A stretch of 54,850 nt of DNA, counting the filler, from Sphacelaria rigidula (lineage: Eukaryota), in assembly GCA_964200075.2 (NCBI GenBank). It is 5 parts of 5 records of this genome, joined end to end, with 100 filler letters (N's around TTAATTAATTAA, not from the genome) between each part and the next. Parts side by side here need not be neighbours in the genome. Positions count along the whole stretch, not along the records: positions 1 to 10,891 come from CAXNAA020005725.1; positions 10,992 to 21,882 come from CAXNAA020005726.1; 3 more parts are not named here. One strand, written 5' to 3'. Made by a program: the position numbers and the translations under genes. The notes below the pieces were generated by a model. It was given only the letters and a program-made list of their open reading frames with translations. It was not told the DNA's origin and did not search any database. Of the stretch, positions 1-11,946 are shown piece after piece (the stretch's first letter is position 1; each line of letters begins with the position of its first letter).

Positions 1-641
1 CGCTCAACGAAAACACTCGCGGAACACACCCATCACGTCTATCGGGACCGTGCATAGCAATCACCAACGGCCAGCGAGAAGTTCGGATCGTTTCCGCAGA
101 AGACACTCCAGTGCTGAACGTTATTACTGTTCTGTCCCTATTGCTATATGCATGGCGGCGAGTACTGTGTCCGTTGCTTGGACCAACCGGCGATGTATGA
201 TGCGACAACCCCCCGCCGGTGACGGAAGAGCTTAGCTTGACGCTGACACGAGCCCCGAGATCGCAACAGTATGGTGTTCCACAACCCCCCGCATCACAAA
301 AGATCGACGCGGGGAAACGCGGAAACCATTTCCGGGGAGAAAGGGGCGTGGTCGTTGTGGCGTCCGTGAACGGCCAATGAGCGGGAAAAGAGCCGAATGT
401 GTGGGCGCCATGGTTGGAGTTGACGCGTAGACTCCCTCGCGCGATGTGCCGCATCAGGTACAGTGTAGAAAGCGATGGCCTAGCACAGGTACGTTCTCGG
501 TCGATCGGTGGCCCAGATGAGGTACGATTGAAAAATAATTCCCGAATCAGGTATACCTGGTGAATTTTTGGCCTAGAAAGGGGAAGTGGTTCCCGAAGGC
601 GAGGTATCCGTTTTCGCGTGGCCATATATCGCAAGTAATGT

Positions 642-667
642 ATATATATATATATATATATATATAT
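642..667. repeat. (TA)n microsatellite
   Basis: Direct reading. Confidence 0.95.
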
Positions 668-1842
668 TTCGAGGATCGGGTGCCAAGGACCCCCCCGAGT
701 GATGTGCGTGAAAATTCGGATGGAAAATGATAGTGATGTGCGTGTTTTGCTGTTTTCGCGTTTCTGGCCATTTTTCGTGCCTTTCTTGGGCACAAAACGA
801 GAAGTTATACTTTTTGTAGGTCATTAGGCTACTCTTTTTTCATCCCTGCCCTTCCTGGAATTTGCTTTAGCGGACATTGCCGCTATATTCTCCTCAGTTA
901 CGCCTATCTTGAGACTCCAGCTGGATCCCTAGGAGACCAGTTAGTGTGTGACAATCAATCGATCACCAATGGTTCAAATATCTGTGTACACGCGCACCAA
1001 CACACATAACACATTTATTGTCACATACTATTAATACATACTATATGGCAGCTCCTGAGTACTGAGAACTGAAAATACTTTGAATGATTAGAGCACCTGA
1101 ACCTTCTGAATAATTAGCGTACCAGTTGGAAGGTGCTGTCTGTAGCCAGAGAAACTAAACGTCCTAGATATATTCATGAATCGATTAGTCCGTGCATATT
1201 CAACAGGTAACCAATCTACTACAAAAACGCTTCATGCGTAGGCATCTTTGGACGTGCTCCAACGAAGCGAGCCATCTCTGCCTAAAATGCTTAGTGTTCT
1301 AGGGGACGTTGACCCTGCATCATGTATGTTGGTAGTGTACACATCTTAGCCCTTGTATACACTTTCGTTGTAAGCATTCGCTTAGACCAAAACGCCGGCT
1401 CAGCCTGGCGCAACACAGGGCAACAATGTCGATATCTGAAGCATCTGCTCAATCACTCGTACAGAAATGGTTCAGCACACACTTGGGTGACATACTATGA
1501 ACGAATATGTACGAATAATATGCCATTTACTTGCACATGAAAACGAATCTGTCCTGTGTAGTGAACCACAAAAAAGTGCGATATTTGACTTGTTGTCCCT
1601 TTAAAAATGTGCATAGTCGTAAAAAATAGATTGCCCTGTGTCCAGGGCGCTTCCAATTTCAATTTATTTCGGTGTTTGTGACGTTGAGGTCTCGGAATTT
1701 GGCGGTGAAACCGGAAAGGTCTCGGCTGGGCCCTTCTACTCTAAAATGAAGGTCTGTCGCACGCACCCGGGGTATGGTGATGTGTCGTTGCACGGAAGCG
1801 TAAAGTTGTATTGAAGCATAAATCGTGTTCGTGTCATCGCCG

Positions 1843-2010
1843 TCATCCTACATTCGCAAGGGCCCGCAGCAAGCTGGCGCTGAGACGCGAGCCGTTTCCC
1901 GGCAAACTCCCGCTAGGTTGTCCCGCACCAGTCCCAGCCACTACCATTCCTGTTTTGAAGTGCGGGTACACGACTTGCTCCCAAGTATGCCATAGACTAT
2001 AAGTTGCAGA
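1843..2010 (-). CDS. Candidate terminal exon (SATYSLWHTWEQVVYPHFKTGMVV...LRALANVG*)
   Basis: Acceptor catcAG at 2011-2012 and an open, protein-like frame to TGA; link to upstream exons not established. Confidence 0.35.
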   Translation of the reverse strand, partial: SATYSLWHTWEQVVYPHFKTGMVVAGTGAGQPSGSLPGNGSRLSASLLRALANVG

Positions 2011-2692
2011 CTGATGTTTCTCGGGAAGACAGGAGACAGTGTCACGCGTCAAGCAGCTGCACGCTGGGCCGAGGGGTCCTATATCGGGAAATGACGGCAC
2101 CACCACCCCCCAGGCTTACCCCAGGTCGCCCAAACCTCATTCTGGGGCCGTAGGGGAAGAGGGGGGGACCCCTGGGTACCCTATTTGAGGAGGGGGGATA
2201 CCCCCCTGATCGATGGATAATGTCGATAGTAGTTGGTAGTTGCTGTGTGTGCGCGCATCGGTCTTCAGAGTACAGATCCATGTACAAGTACGATACATGG
2301 AATATACAGATTGCTGCTGTGTTTGACGCTGCGTACCAAACGCAGCGTGACGCGTTCGGCGGCACTACCTGCTCACTGCACAGCGGCAGGGTGCAGGGTG
2401 ACAAAACACACTGCAGGACGTGACGTTCTTAGCTTATCCCTGTCCTGCATTGACTCCGCGTTGTCCTATGCAATTCGTCACATCATGAATGCAGCCGCTT
2501 GTATCTGCGGCCAACGCGTACGCAGGATATCAACCCTCGCTACGCGCTATATCGCTACGTCGCATTCTGTAAGGCTGTCCGTGTTGCAGCTACAGCATGC
2601 GTTTGCCCCAGGTGGCGCACGCCGAAGTGAATGGCCGCTTCCGCCGCTATAATGGCTACCTGTATCTTGGGCGAAGCTGTATGGGAACACAG

Positions 2693-2766
2693 CCGCGGCT
2701 GGTCCGGCCATATATACCGAAAGGTGGAGACCAGCGTCCAGAATAGATGGTACGAAAACACACACG
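2693..2766 (+). mobile_element. Diverged 3' fragment of the SINE
   Basis: CGGCTGGTCCGGCCATATATACCGAAAGGTGGAGACCAGCGTCCAGAATAGATGG...ACACAC resembles 10670-10744. Confidence 0.7.
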
Positions 2767-2778
2767 GCACATATTATT

Positions 2779-3226
2779 GATCGCGGCGTAATGGTGGGAG
2801 GGTAATACGAGGATGAGCCCAGCTATTCGGCTGACGGGCTCGGAGGGCTAGTTGATGCGACCTACGGGTATTCCAACCAGAGGAGAGGGTGTGGTGTCCG
2901 TTGTAACGGTCACAGACACGCCTCCGTGCGCGCCGTGGTTGCATTACCCCGTGTTACAACGGACACCACTCCCTCTTCCCTAGTTGGAATACCCGTAGGT
3001 CACATCAACTAGCCCTCCGAGCCCGTCAGTCACGAGTAAAACCAAGGGTCGTGCCGGGTAATGCAACCACGGCGCGCACGGAGGCGTGTCTGTAACCGTC
3101 ACAACGGACATCACTCCCTCTACTCTAGTTGCAATACCCGTAGGTCACATCAACTAGCCCTCCGAGCCCGTCAGTCGAATAGCTGGGCTCATCCCCGTAT
3201 TATCCTCCCACCATTACGCCGCGATC
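2779..3226. mobile_element. Foldback/MITE with ~170-bp inverted arms and an extra internal arm copy
   Basis: 2779-2949 is the reverse complement of 3056-3226; 2956-3031 is a direct partial copy of the right arm. Confidence 0.85.
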
Positions 3227-3371
3227 CACAACACACACTGATTGTGCTCAGTACACTTTCAACATCGTGTTCGTACTGACTGCTACCATGACCACCTTGC
3301 CGGCTACCAGACTATCAGGACATAGGATCCGCTAGCATTCCTCCTGTCTGTACGGGGATGTTGCCCCCTTG

Positions 3372-3825
3372 TCGGGTACATTCCTTGTACATGGGCACCA
3401 AACGTTGGGCGTTCTCACTTAAGACTTCGATTTGGAGAATGATACTAGGTAGGCAGCAGCAACTGATGTGTGTCCAGATGCCCCTTGGAGCAAAATGTGT
3501 TTGGTTTCTGTTTGACGAAGTTATCCCCCAAAAAACGAAATCAATAGGGGTTTTAGAGTGGAAAAATCTAGCATAAAAAATGTCGCAAAACTCGAGTCGC
3601 AGAAATCAAGCCGCAGAAATCAAGCCGCAAAAATCCTGTCGCAAAAAAACGGTTAGTCGAATTTTTGCCCGCAGCAGAAACCGAAGTCACTTTGTGAAAT
3701 TAGAAAAAAAAATGTCGCAAAAATCGAGTCGCAGAGATCAAGTCGCAAAGGTCCTGTCGCAAAAAACCGATGAGTCGAATTTTTACCCGCAGCAGAAACC
3801 AAAATCACTTCGGGAAATTGGAGTG
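3372..3825 (+). repeat. Dispersed repeat, copy 1 (internal GTCGCAAAAA sub-repeats)
   Basis: Colinear similarity to 7562-7900 (ATGGGCACCAAACG...AGACTTCGATTTGGAG...TTTGACGAAGTTATCC...GGAAAAATCTAGCA...CCCGCAGCAGAAACC). Confidence 0.85.
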
Positions 3826-4919
3826 TAACCCCTCAAATTGAGGAGCCAAGGGACTCAAATGATATTCAAATTGCTTTCAAAGCGATGAGCGATTCGAAAA
3901 TTCTTCATTTGTAGCATCCAGCAGCAGAGACTCTCCATGAGGAGCAGAGGGAGGGAAGAAGGAAGCCAAGGATGGCAGCACCGGGGAAAAAGAACGCAAA
4001 ATTATTCACGTCCGGGCCCACAAATATGCATGTATAGTTGAATAGCAAGTCATGGTGTATTTGGATTTTTGTGGTCGCGGGTTGCCGTTTGTTATGTTCG
4101 TTTCGGATGTCGTGCAATGAAATAACAAACCTTGGTATATTCGTCACTTCGAGGTGTACTGAGCATGTGTTACATCAAGTTCGAAATGGTCTTCATCATG
4201 CAATTGGCAATTAATTGGTAATTGGGGTTTGGCGTTCGACAGCTCGCATCAGGCGTCTCGCCGTATATTAGTCAAAACACCTTAATCTTTTTCATCTTCC
4301 TCATTCGACGGACCAGCCCTCGACCTACACGCTGTGGCCGGAAAAACTGCAGGATCACGAGGTACCAACGAATTAGACAAGACAAGAAAGAAAAGAAAAC
4401 ACATCGAGTGGTCAGCTGGTAACTGGCCCAGGACAAACCCGTTCCCCATATGGTATGGTACTACTGTATCACAGAACGCCAGACCTATGCTGTACAAGTC
4501 GACCGAAACACGGAAGACGAAGCATGAAGGTGTGCACAGCTGCTTTCACGCGTCATTTTTTACCCAAATCATTTCCGTCGACACCTTCGAAGCGCCCTCC
4601 GTCTCAACCGATACATCATAATCCACTGCAACTGAAAAAAGTGCAGGCCTGAATTGTACAGTCAGATTGTATATTATGGTGTACGGACCTTAATTATAAA
4701 CTCATAGATTGCTCTGCTTCGCAATCGCGCTTACAATTCCCTATTTTCCTTTTCCTTCGTTAGGCTACTTGTTATACTTCTTATGTATCGAAAAAATATA
4801 ACTGGTTGAAAAGTGCTTTTTTGACCCTTCTCCGTCGTTTTTGCCCCGAGATGAGGGCTCAGCGGATGTCGACACCTCAGACCGTTGCAGAGCATCTTTG
4901 CGTTTTCCGTAGGTCACAG

Positions 4920-5118
4920 TGTAGTGGGTGAGAGGACCGCGTGCTTACAGGACCGCACCGTAGCTCGAAACACCTCAGTATCGACGTTTTCCAAAACCTA
5001 TCGGGCCAGTCCCTGCAGGGACCGCGACCCTGACCCCAACACTAACCCTAACCCCAACCATAGGGATGTTCAACTTCCGACCCGGTCCTCCAAGCACACG
5101 ATCCTCTCACGCATCACA
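4920..5118. mobile_element. MITE with TGT...ACA ends and internal telomere-like CCCTAA repeats
   Basis: TIRs GTGAGAGGACCGCGTGCTT / AAGCACACGATCCTCTCAC; flanked by ACAGT on both sides; homologous (inverted) to 43142-43352. Confidence 0.8.
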
Positions 5119-5850
5119 ACAGTTTCGTTCTTGGCCAAAAATAGACAGTACAGTTATGGGTAGGAATTGCAGATTTTCGGTACTATATTCATGGAAAGTG
5201 CAAGCTGAACGCTACATGCGTCAGAAGTGGCCGGTAATCCAACGAGTCATAAAGTATCGAAGGAAAATACAAGTGTCACCTACAAATGACGATTTGGGTC
5301 ATAGGAAATGAACTATATTTCTAGTACATTTATTCAAGTCTGGGAGTGGTCGGTGTTGAGGTGATTTTGTTCCTTCGGAAAGCTCGCTCCACATCAGGAG
5401 ATGGACAATCTTGTTGCACAAGCGAGTGTCCTGCCTTTGTCTGTACCAGTCGGGAAGCACACGCCCCCGAGCGGCCACCCCACGTTTACCGTCATTGCGA
5501 AGATAACAAGACAAGAGCACGAACAGCAGCTGTTGTGGCCGCTACACACCAACGTAACTGCAGCAACCCAAAAGTGCCAATCGCGCAACGCTTACAACTC
5601 GACTCCGAAGCGGGGGATTGGACAGCGGGTTCTTGCGCGCGCTTCCCACACACCCAAGCTACGTCGCCTAGTTTGGATTTCGCGTTTGCGCGTGATGCTG
5701 ACTCGCAAATAACCCAAATGTACTAAAAGGTTGTTTTCCGCTTTGGGGGGGGATTTTCGGGCCGCTGACGCGACGCCAGAAAACTATCAAACTATTATAG
5801 GTCCTCAAGATCTTGTGTGTATGCGGGGGGCTGTCAAGTGCCGTGGACCG

Positions 5851-6170
5851 TCCGCACGAGAAGCAGCAGCAGCAGCAGCAGCAGCAGTATCAGCAGCATA
5901 TTTATTGCCAGTAAATGTACGTGGCTGGGGGTGGGTCTGAATCAACCGGCGCCGATGCTGCTGCTGCTGCTCTTCATCGTAGACGGTCCGCGTTTCGACC
6001 GTGCGACAACACCCACGCACCTCGCGAGTGATAGCCACCGTGCTGGACAGCACTGACACACACACAAATCAGTACCGGCTGATTTAGACCCACCCCCAGC
6101 CGCGTACATCTACTGGCAGTAAAGCTGCTGCTGATACTGCTGCTGTTGCTTCTTCTCCTTCTCGTGCGGA
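5851..6170. mobile_element. Inverted-repeat element with (CAG)n/(CTG)n arms
   Basis: TCCGCACGAGAAG(CAG)n...GGCTGGGGGTGGGTCT pairs with AGACCCACCCCCAGCC...(CTG)n...CTTCTCGTGCGGA. Confidence 0.8.
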
Positions 6171-6560
6171 ACGCGATTAGAACGGCGCGTGATTTCTCGT
6201 GGTCTCTCTGTAAACCAAGCTGTAAAAGGGTATAATACTAGAAAATACTGCAGAACTGTTGTGTTGTCTTTTGTTCAGTGTAGTACTCTGTTCTTTACAC
6301 ACCACTGCAAAATGTTCTTGTCTTGAGTGTACTGCCCTGTACTTCATATAATGGCGTCATGTTTTGAGCAAATTTTCAAAAGGTTAAACTCGTTTTTTTT
6401 AAAGTATTCCGAAAAAACGAGAGTGTTTTCTGTCACAGAAATGTAATGCCGAATCTGGAATAGCCTGAGACAACAACCAATTTGAAAATTGAAATGGGGG
6501 TAACAACACGCAAACAGATCATGATCGACTTAGAGTGGGGAGGAGGGAATAACACACCAC

Positions 6561-6609
6561 GTGCATGGGTATTGTCGCACGTCAAAACGCGGACCGCCTC
6601 CCGCACGAG

Positions 6610-6647
<38 letters not shown>

Positions 6648-6800
6648 TATTTATTGCCAGTAAATGTGTACAGTTGGGGACGGTTGTGAATCAGCCGATG
6701 CTGCTGCTGCTGCTGCTCTTGATCGTAAACGGTCCGTGTTTCGACCGTGCGACAACACCCACGCACCTTACGAGTGATAGCGACTGTGCTGGACAGCGCC
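6561..6800. mobile_element. Second, rearranged copy of the CAG/CTG element
   Basis: 6598-6800 matches 5851-6052 directly; 6561-6597 is complementary to 6730-6766. Confidence 0.75.
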
Positions 6801-6809
6801 GGTACGTAC

Positions 6810-9313
6810 TACCCGCCGATGAGTCCATGCTTGCATACTCGGCGAGGTTCTGGCAGATATAGCTATGCGCTTCTCTCTGTGGGAGCTGTGCACGTGGAGT
6901 GTGTCTCCCAAGCGTGGGTACTGTTGATGATGGCGTTGAACCCAGCGTGGCTACTGCTAGAGATGGAATTCCAAATGTCGTCCCATGAACAGCCCAACAG
7001 CCCACGCTTCGCAACCATGCGTGCTCCTAGGTTGAAAAAATCCTGCATATTCAAACAATTTGGAAGTAAATCACCTTTGGGATCTGATATCCCTGGCGGT
7101 CGTTCTAACTCAATCAGTAGACTTCACCACTTCGTAGTTCAAGATATTTCTCGGAAATTTACGGGCTGTGGACAGGTGCAGCATTGGGTTTTAGTCTAAA
7201 CACCGAAATCCGGATCTTTGACCCTTTTACCCCGAGGGTAGGTCACCTGCTGAATCGGCATCAATATCACTTGAAAAAACTGTGCGTGATCCAGATAGAC
7301 TCCCCTGCTCCTGGCGTGGTCGTAGCGTGCGCAGAACGCGTTGCGCCTGGAGCGCCGATTTGAGGTCTGGCAACGCATACTTCGCCTAGGGAACACGCCG
7401 CACCCCCCATGCCCGAGGGTTCTTGGTATGTCTTCGTTGGGGTTGGGATTAGGGTTAGGGTTAGTGTTCTTCGAAATGCATCAGCACCTGCGCGAACCAT
7501 ACATTTCCGGAAAATATCTGTCAACTATCAAGGGGTGAAGTCACCTCGATTTTGAGTATGATGTACCGTACATCATCCTTGTAGATGGGCACCAAACGCT
7601 GGGCCGTGGCTAGGCTTCTCACTCCAGACTTCGATTTGGAGGATCATACTAGGCAAGCAGCGGCAACTTCTGTGTGTCCAGGTGCCTATTGGAGCAGGAT
7701 GCGTTTGGTGTCCGTTTGACGAAGTTATCCTTAAAAAGACGAAATCGATAAGGGTTTTAGACTGGAAAAATCTAGCAAAAAAACTATGGCAAGGATTCGA
7801 TCGTAAGAATCACGACGCAAAAACAGAGTCGCAAAAAACCTCTTACTCAAATGTTTACCCGCAGCAGAAACCAACTTCACTATGTGAAATTGAAATTGGT
7901 GGGAAGAGCAGCGAAAGTATGTTGCATGGCGCGCTACAAAACTCACGGAGTGCAGCTTCTCCACGTGGAGTACGTTACACTCTTTTGTATGTAGATACAA
8001 GCTCGCTTTACACGAAAATGCCCCGTTCCAATGGCTGAAAGAGGCGGCATTTGCCCCCGTCAGTCGCGTTCACTGATCCAAATCGCTCCTGCACGGCTTG
8101 AATCCAAGGCTCATCGAAGCAGCTTGATCGCATAACGGCGTCACGCGGTGGGAGCGGAGTAAGGACAGAAGGGGAGATATGGGGGAGTACGATTAAACTA
8201 CTCATGGCAATGAGTGCAACAACCCCAAAATATATTGTGTCCGGTCACTCGACGGCAACACATGGAACGAAGGGCAGGGATTCCGATCTCGAGAGCAAAC
8301 CTACTACAAGAACGCCAAGGAAAAAGCGCCATCATCAACCCGGAAAATGTTGTGTCGCAAACCACTACACTTCTCAAGTGAAGGGGGCGCGTGTTGCGGA
8401 CTTCCGCCGGTCAAGGAAATCTTCGCTAGGTGGATTCTCGAGAAAAGCCACAGCGTGACGTGCCGCAAATACCTACGTTGTACTGAAAAACGCAGGCATT
8501 GCAACCAGGCAACATGGAGTGCGGTGAACTAATACGAGCGCTTATACTATTGCAAGACATGCGCACTGCACGATGAACAATGAGCCAAGCCGGGAACGCC
8601 ATTACCTGATATAAGTGGCTGCGAACCGACGATCGCCCCTCCTACCTGCCGGCTCTATGCATGCCCGGTAAGGCGTAGCATCTTACGCGAAAACAACATG
8701 TCTAGGGCAGCACAAGTACATGTACTACTGTAAATTGTCCCCGAAAGTCTCGTTATACAACAAAGTCAACTCATGTTGACAGGCTGATCACGACGTAGTG
8801 AGGTCTTCAACGGTAGAGTTCCGACATTGTGTAGATCAAGATCGCTGTTCCCAATATCCAACTTTTACTACCTGAAAAGCGATCCCATGCTTCCAGCGAA
8901 AGTAGTTTTGTAGTGCAAGTGCGGGTGCCGATGGTGTGCGTGTATACCCCAGTGTCACATCATGGCACCATGTCGGGAAACTCACTGTGTGCGTTATGGC
9001 GACAATCTCACCTCTGACCTAGGGGTGTGAGCGCCTGCAGCTCCTGCTTCACCAAGGGGTGATCGATGAGCCCCACCTCCCTAAGGCGATTGCAGAATAT
9101 TGCGACAATAAACTGGCGCAGTTCCACATCTACGGTGTTGGCATGCCTCGCAAGCTCCATGAGCTCAGGAGTGGAAATATACTGAATGCCTTCCTTGTGA
9201 CGTTTTCCGGTGTTGTGCCGATTCGCGTCAGGTGAAGCTATGTCGTCACCTGCAATCAATGTCCTGCTACTAGGTCCACTCGCCGGTGTGTGATCAACCC
9301 CGCCATCCTCCAT
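6810..9313 (-). CDS. Partial multi-exon gene for an uncharacterised protein
   Basis: Phase-compatible candidate exons 9313-9012 (MEDGG...QELQALTPLGQ, AG|gtgag), 8122-8014 (SCFDEPWIQAVQERFG...RGIF) and 7026-6810 (EHAWLRSVGCWAVHG...). Further possible exons near 5545-5330 and 2010-1843 could not be linked in phase. Confidence 0.5.
7205..7470 (+). mobile_element. TTAGGG-containing dispersed repeat with a GAATCGGCATC module
   Basis: 7340-7465 matches 11575-11690 and ends in TTAGGGTTAGGGTTA; 7215-7280 is related to 11355-11415 (inverted), 19425-19630 and 51595-51650. Confidence 0.7.
7562..7900 (+). repeat. Dispersed repeat, copy 2
   Basis: Colinear similarity to 3372-3825. Confidence 0.85.
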
Positions 9314-10391
9314 GCGCAGGCTTCCATGATGGCGATGACCGTCAGTGCCCTCACTGTGCTCCACACCTTCTTTTCATCAAGCGTCAAGCGCAATCGACTT
9401 GTTGCGTAAGTTGTGAGGGCTTGAGACAAACAACCCAGAAGGGGCGCAGGGCGCGGGGCATGAACATGACAAGGAACCCATGAACACAGTCTGTTGTATA
9501 CCGGGTACAGGGCAAATGAACAGCAACCATTCCCAACCCCCGCCGGAGCAACGATTGCCCACCCGCTATTGTTCGTTCATAAAATACTCAAGACTCGCCT
9601 TCGGATTATGCTTGTCAGCACAGGTACCAAAAATGATCATTTGTTGAGTAGGACAACCGCGGACGCCATGAATCAAGCCAACCATACAGACTGCCACTAT
9701 TTCCAAATAATGTTCTCGCATCCTGCAGTCCATGACCTTGCCGGGGTAGTTACAGCCAACCACTCTGAGGGGAGTGTGCACGGCCTCTCACGACGCTGAT
9801 TGGCGCATCTGAATGATGCAATCCACCGGAATTGCTCGGATTCATGGGACACCTTGGATTCGAGATAGTAGCTATTGCATCTAGCGTTAGTCCTGGTGCA
9901 GGTGCAGGTGCAGGTGCAGAAGAGCATGCCTTGTTCACCGCACTACTACGCAATAGACCAGTGTAAAAAACGCAAGACGGACAAGACTCGTTGCAGCACC
10001 GTACCTACACTGTTCCTGGGTTCAAGGAAGAAGGGTGCGCTTGGCGCCTTCCACGGTATGATCTCGAACAACAATAACATGGACGTGTCCCAGGCTTCAC
10101 TGTATGTGATTCATTTCGGAACGAAACCAGAACAAAACAAAACGAAACCGAAAGAAGCCGAGGATGAGATTTAATGACGTGATTGTGGCAACAAAAGATC
10201 GTCATTCGCCGTTTACACGCGGCAAATACTGCGTACCGTGCTCCTGCACGCAAAAGCCAGCACGTAGGTATGTCGGCATAAACCACTACTTGTCACGTGA
10301 AAGCGGGCCAATAAGCTCCTCCAAGCCCGCATACAGCAGCTTTGAGAAAGTCCCTGCCATGCTGAAGAAATATATAATTGCACGACCGGTC

Positions 10392-10744
10392 GCCCCGGTG
10401 GCTCAGTTGGTAACCTAGTAACCTTCTGACTGTTGAGTAGTGGGCTTCGATTCCCGGAGCGATCTGGGATTTTTCTCATACCATGCCCAACAGTGGAGAG
10501 CGAATATGTCGTGGGTACAAAAAATGCGACTTAACGGTCGACGAGGGAAAGGGACTGCTGAACCCCTCTCGCGATCTAAAAAAAAAGGCAAGCACCGCAG
10601 AAGGAAAGTGGGTATTAAAAACAAAAAAAACAAAAAAAAATCCTGCGTTGACCTTCCTCCTGTGTGACCCCGGCTGATGCGCCCACATGTACCAAAAGGT
10701 ATAGACTGGCGCCCAGAATAAATGGGTCGACAACACACACACAC
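10392..10744 (+). mobile_element. Full-length tRNA-derived SINE with (CA)n tail
   Basis: tRNA-like head with Pol III A box TGGCTCAGTTGG (10399-10410) and B-box-like GCTTCGATTCC (10444-10454); body ending CCAGAATAAATGGG then (CA)n; the body recurs three more times in the window. Confidence 0.85.
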
Positions 10745-10891
10745 GCGCGCGCGCGCGCGCCACAGCGCTGCAGCACACACAATCAAACAAAGCACCATGC
10801 ACTCATTTGACTCGATCTTCACGACAGATCTCCCCCCCCCGCCCCCCTCACCTCTAGACTCTTGGGTTGGCGTCGAGTGGCAACGGCGCTG

Positions 10892-10991
10892 NNNNNNNNN
10901 NNNNNNNNNNNNNNNNNNNNNNNNNNNNNNNNNNNTTAATTAATTAANNNNNNNNNNNNNNNNNNNNNNNNNNNNNNNNNNNNNNNNNNNN
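10892..10991. other. Artificial contig spacer (N44-TTAATTAATTAA-N44)
   Basis: 100 nt; the palindromic 12-mer gives stops in all six frames; identical at four places. Confidence 0.99.
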
Positions 10992-11055
10992 TTTTGTTTT
11001 TTTCGTACCCTGTCTCGCCGCCCCTCCCCCGCCTCCACCCCCGGGAGGGCGAGCG

Positions 11056-11058
<3 letters not shown>

Positions 11059-11090
<32 letters not shown>
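11059..11090. repeat. Poly-G run (32 nt)
   Basis: Direct reading; near a contig start. Confidence 0.95.
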
Positions 11091-11354
11091 CTACCGCGGC
11101 ACCACTCTTACGTGTGGTATATCGCAGCATATTGATACATCATGATGTCGACGAACAGTATCACACGAGGCCGATTATGGAGCCTGACACACATCCGAGG
11201 CACACGCGATGATGACGGCTCGTCAGGGTCGCAATTGCTCCATTTTCATTCATAACGCGTACACGACAACATGTGCAGTACAGCAGTACTACTCCTTTCA
11301 ATGCCGGGGTAGGTGAAATTATTATGTTGAATGGGAATCATTCTGCCTTGTATA

Positions 11355-11745
11355 TTTCAAATGTAAAATGATGCCGACCCAACACATCACCTCCCCTCGC
11401 GGTCAAAGGGTTAGAATACCGAACGGTTTCTATCTGAGGAATTCCAACAACAAACACGATCTCCGCGGTAGAGTTGACGGTATGTTCGATTTTCCGCAAC
11501 AACCACGATTGTTTTGTTTCACCGCGTATAGGGTACCTACCGCGCTCGTCCAGAACGTGCTTTTGTCTAAATCGGCGCCTGCGGCGTCGATGTCAGGTCT
11601 GCCAATGCACCCTTCGCATAGAGGAACCTACGCACCCTCCTTGCCCGAGGGTCTCCTACGCCTTGGGTCGGGGTTAGGGTTAGGGTTAACGTTATTGTTA
11701 GTTTATTTGAAAAAATCAACCATAGATATACGACCAAAGCTTTAG
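11355..11745 (+). mobile_element. TTAGGG-containing dispersed repeat, second copy
   Basis: Shares CGCACCC..C.TGCCCGAGGGT...GTTAGGGTTAGGGTTA with 7340-7465. Confidence 0.7.
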
Positions 11746-11946
11746 GTCGCCTCACCTACCGTATAATAGCCATACTATCTTACGTACCGTACCGCACTGT
11801 ACTGTCAGAAAACCAAATCTTCTATTTTCTATTTAATTTTTTGTTATTTATTTATTTGTCGCACTTTGAACCCCTCCCCTTCCTCGGGACGAGCCCGTGG
11901 TCTCGAGGGATCGACCCATCTCCCCCAGGTATACATGGGAATATAT

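Noticed and set aside
7440..7465. True chromosome telomere
   Set aside because: Only 2-3 TTAGGG units, internal to dispersed repeats and not at contig ends
10392..10465. Functional tRNA gene
   Set aside because: A/B boxes are present but the acceptor and anticodon stems do not pair convincingly, and it runs into a repeated SINE body
10936..10947. TTAATTAATTAA as a biological motif
   Set aside because: Embedded in N runs four times identically; a synthetic six-frame stop linker
11059..11090. Poly-G as a functional G-quadruplex
   Set aside because: Homopolymer near a contig edge, length unreliable; similar runs are common throughout the window
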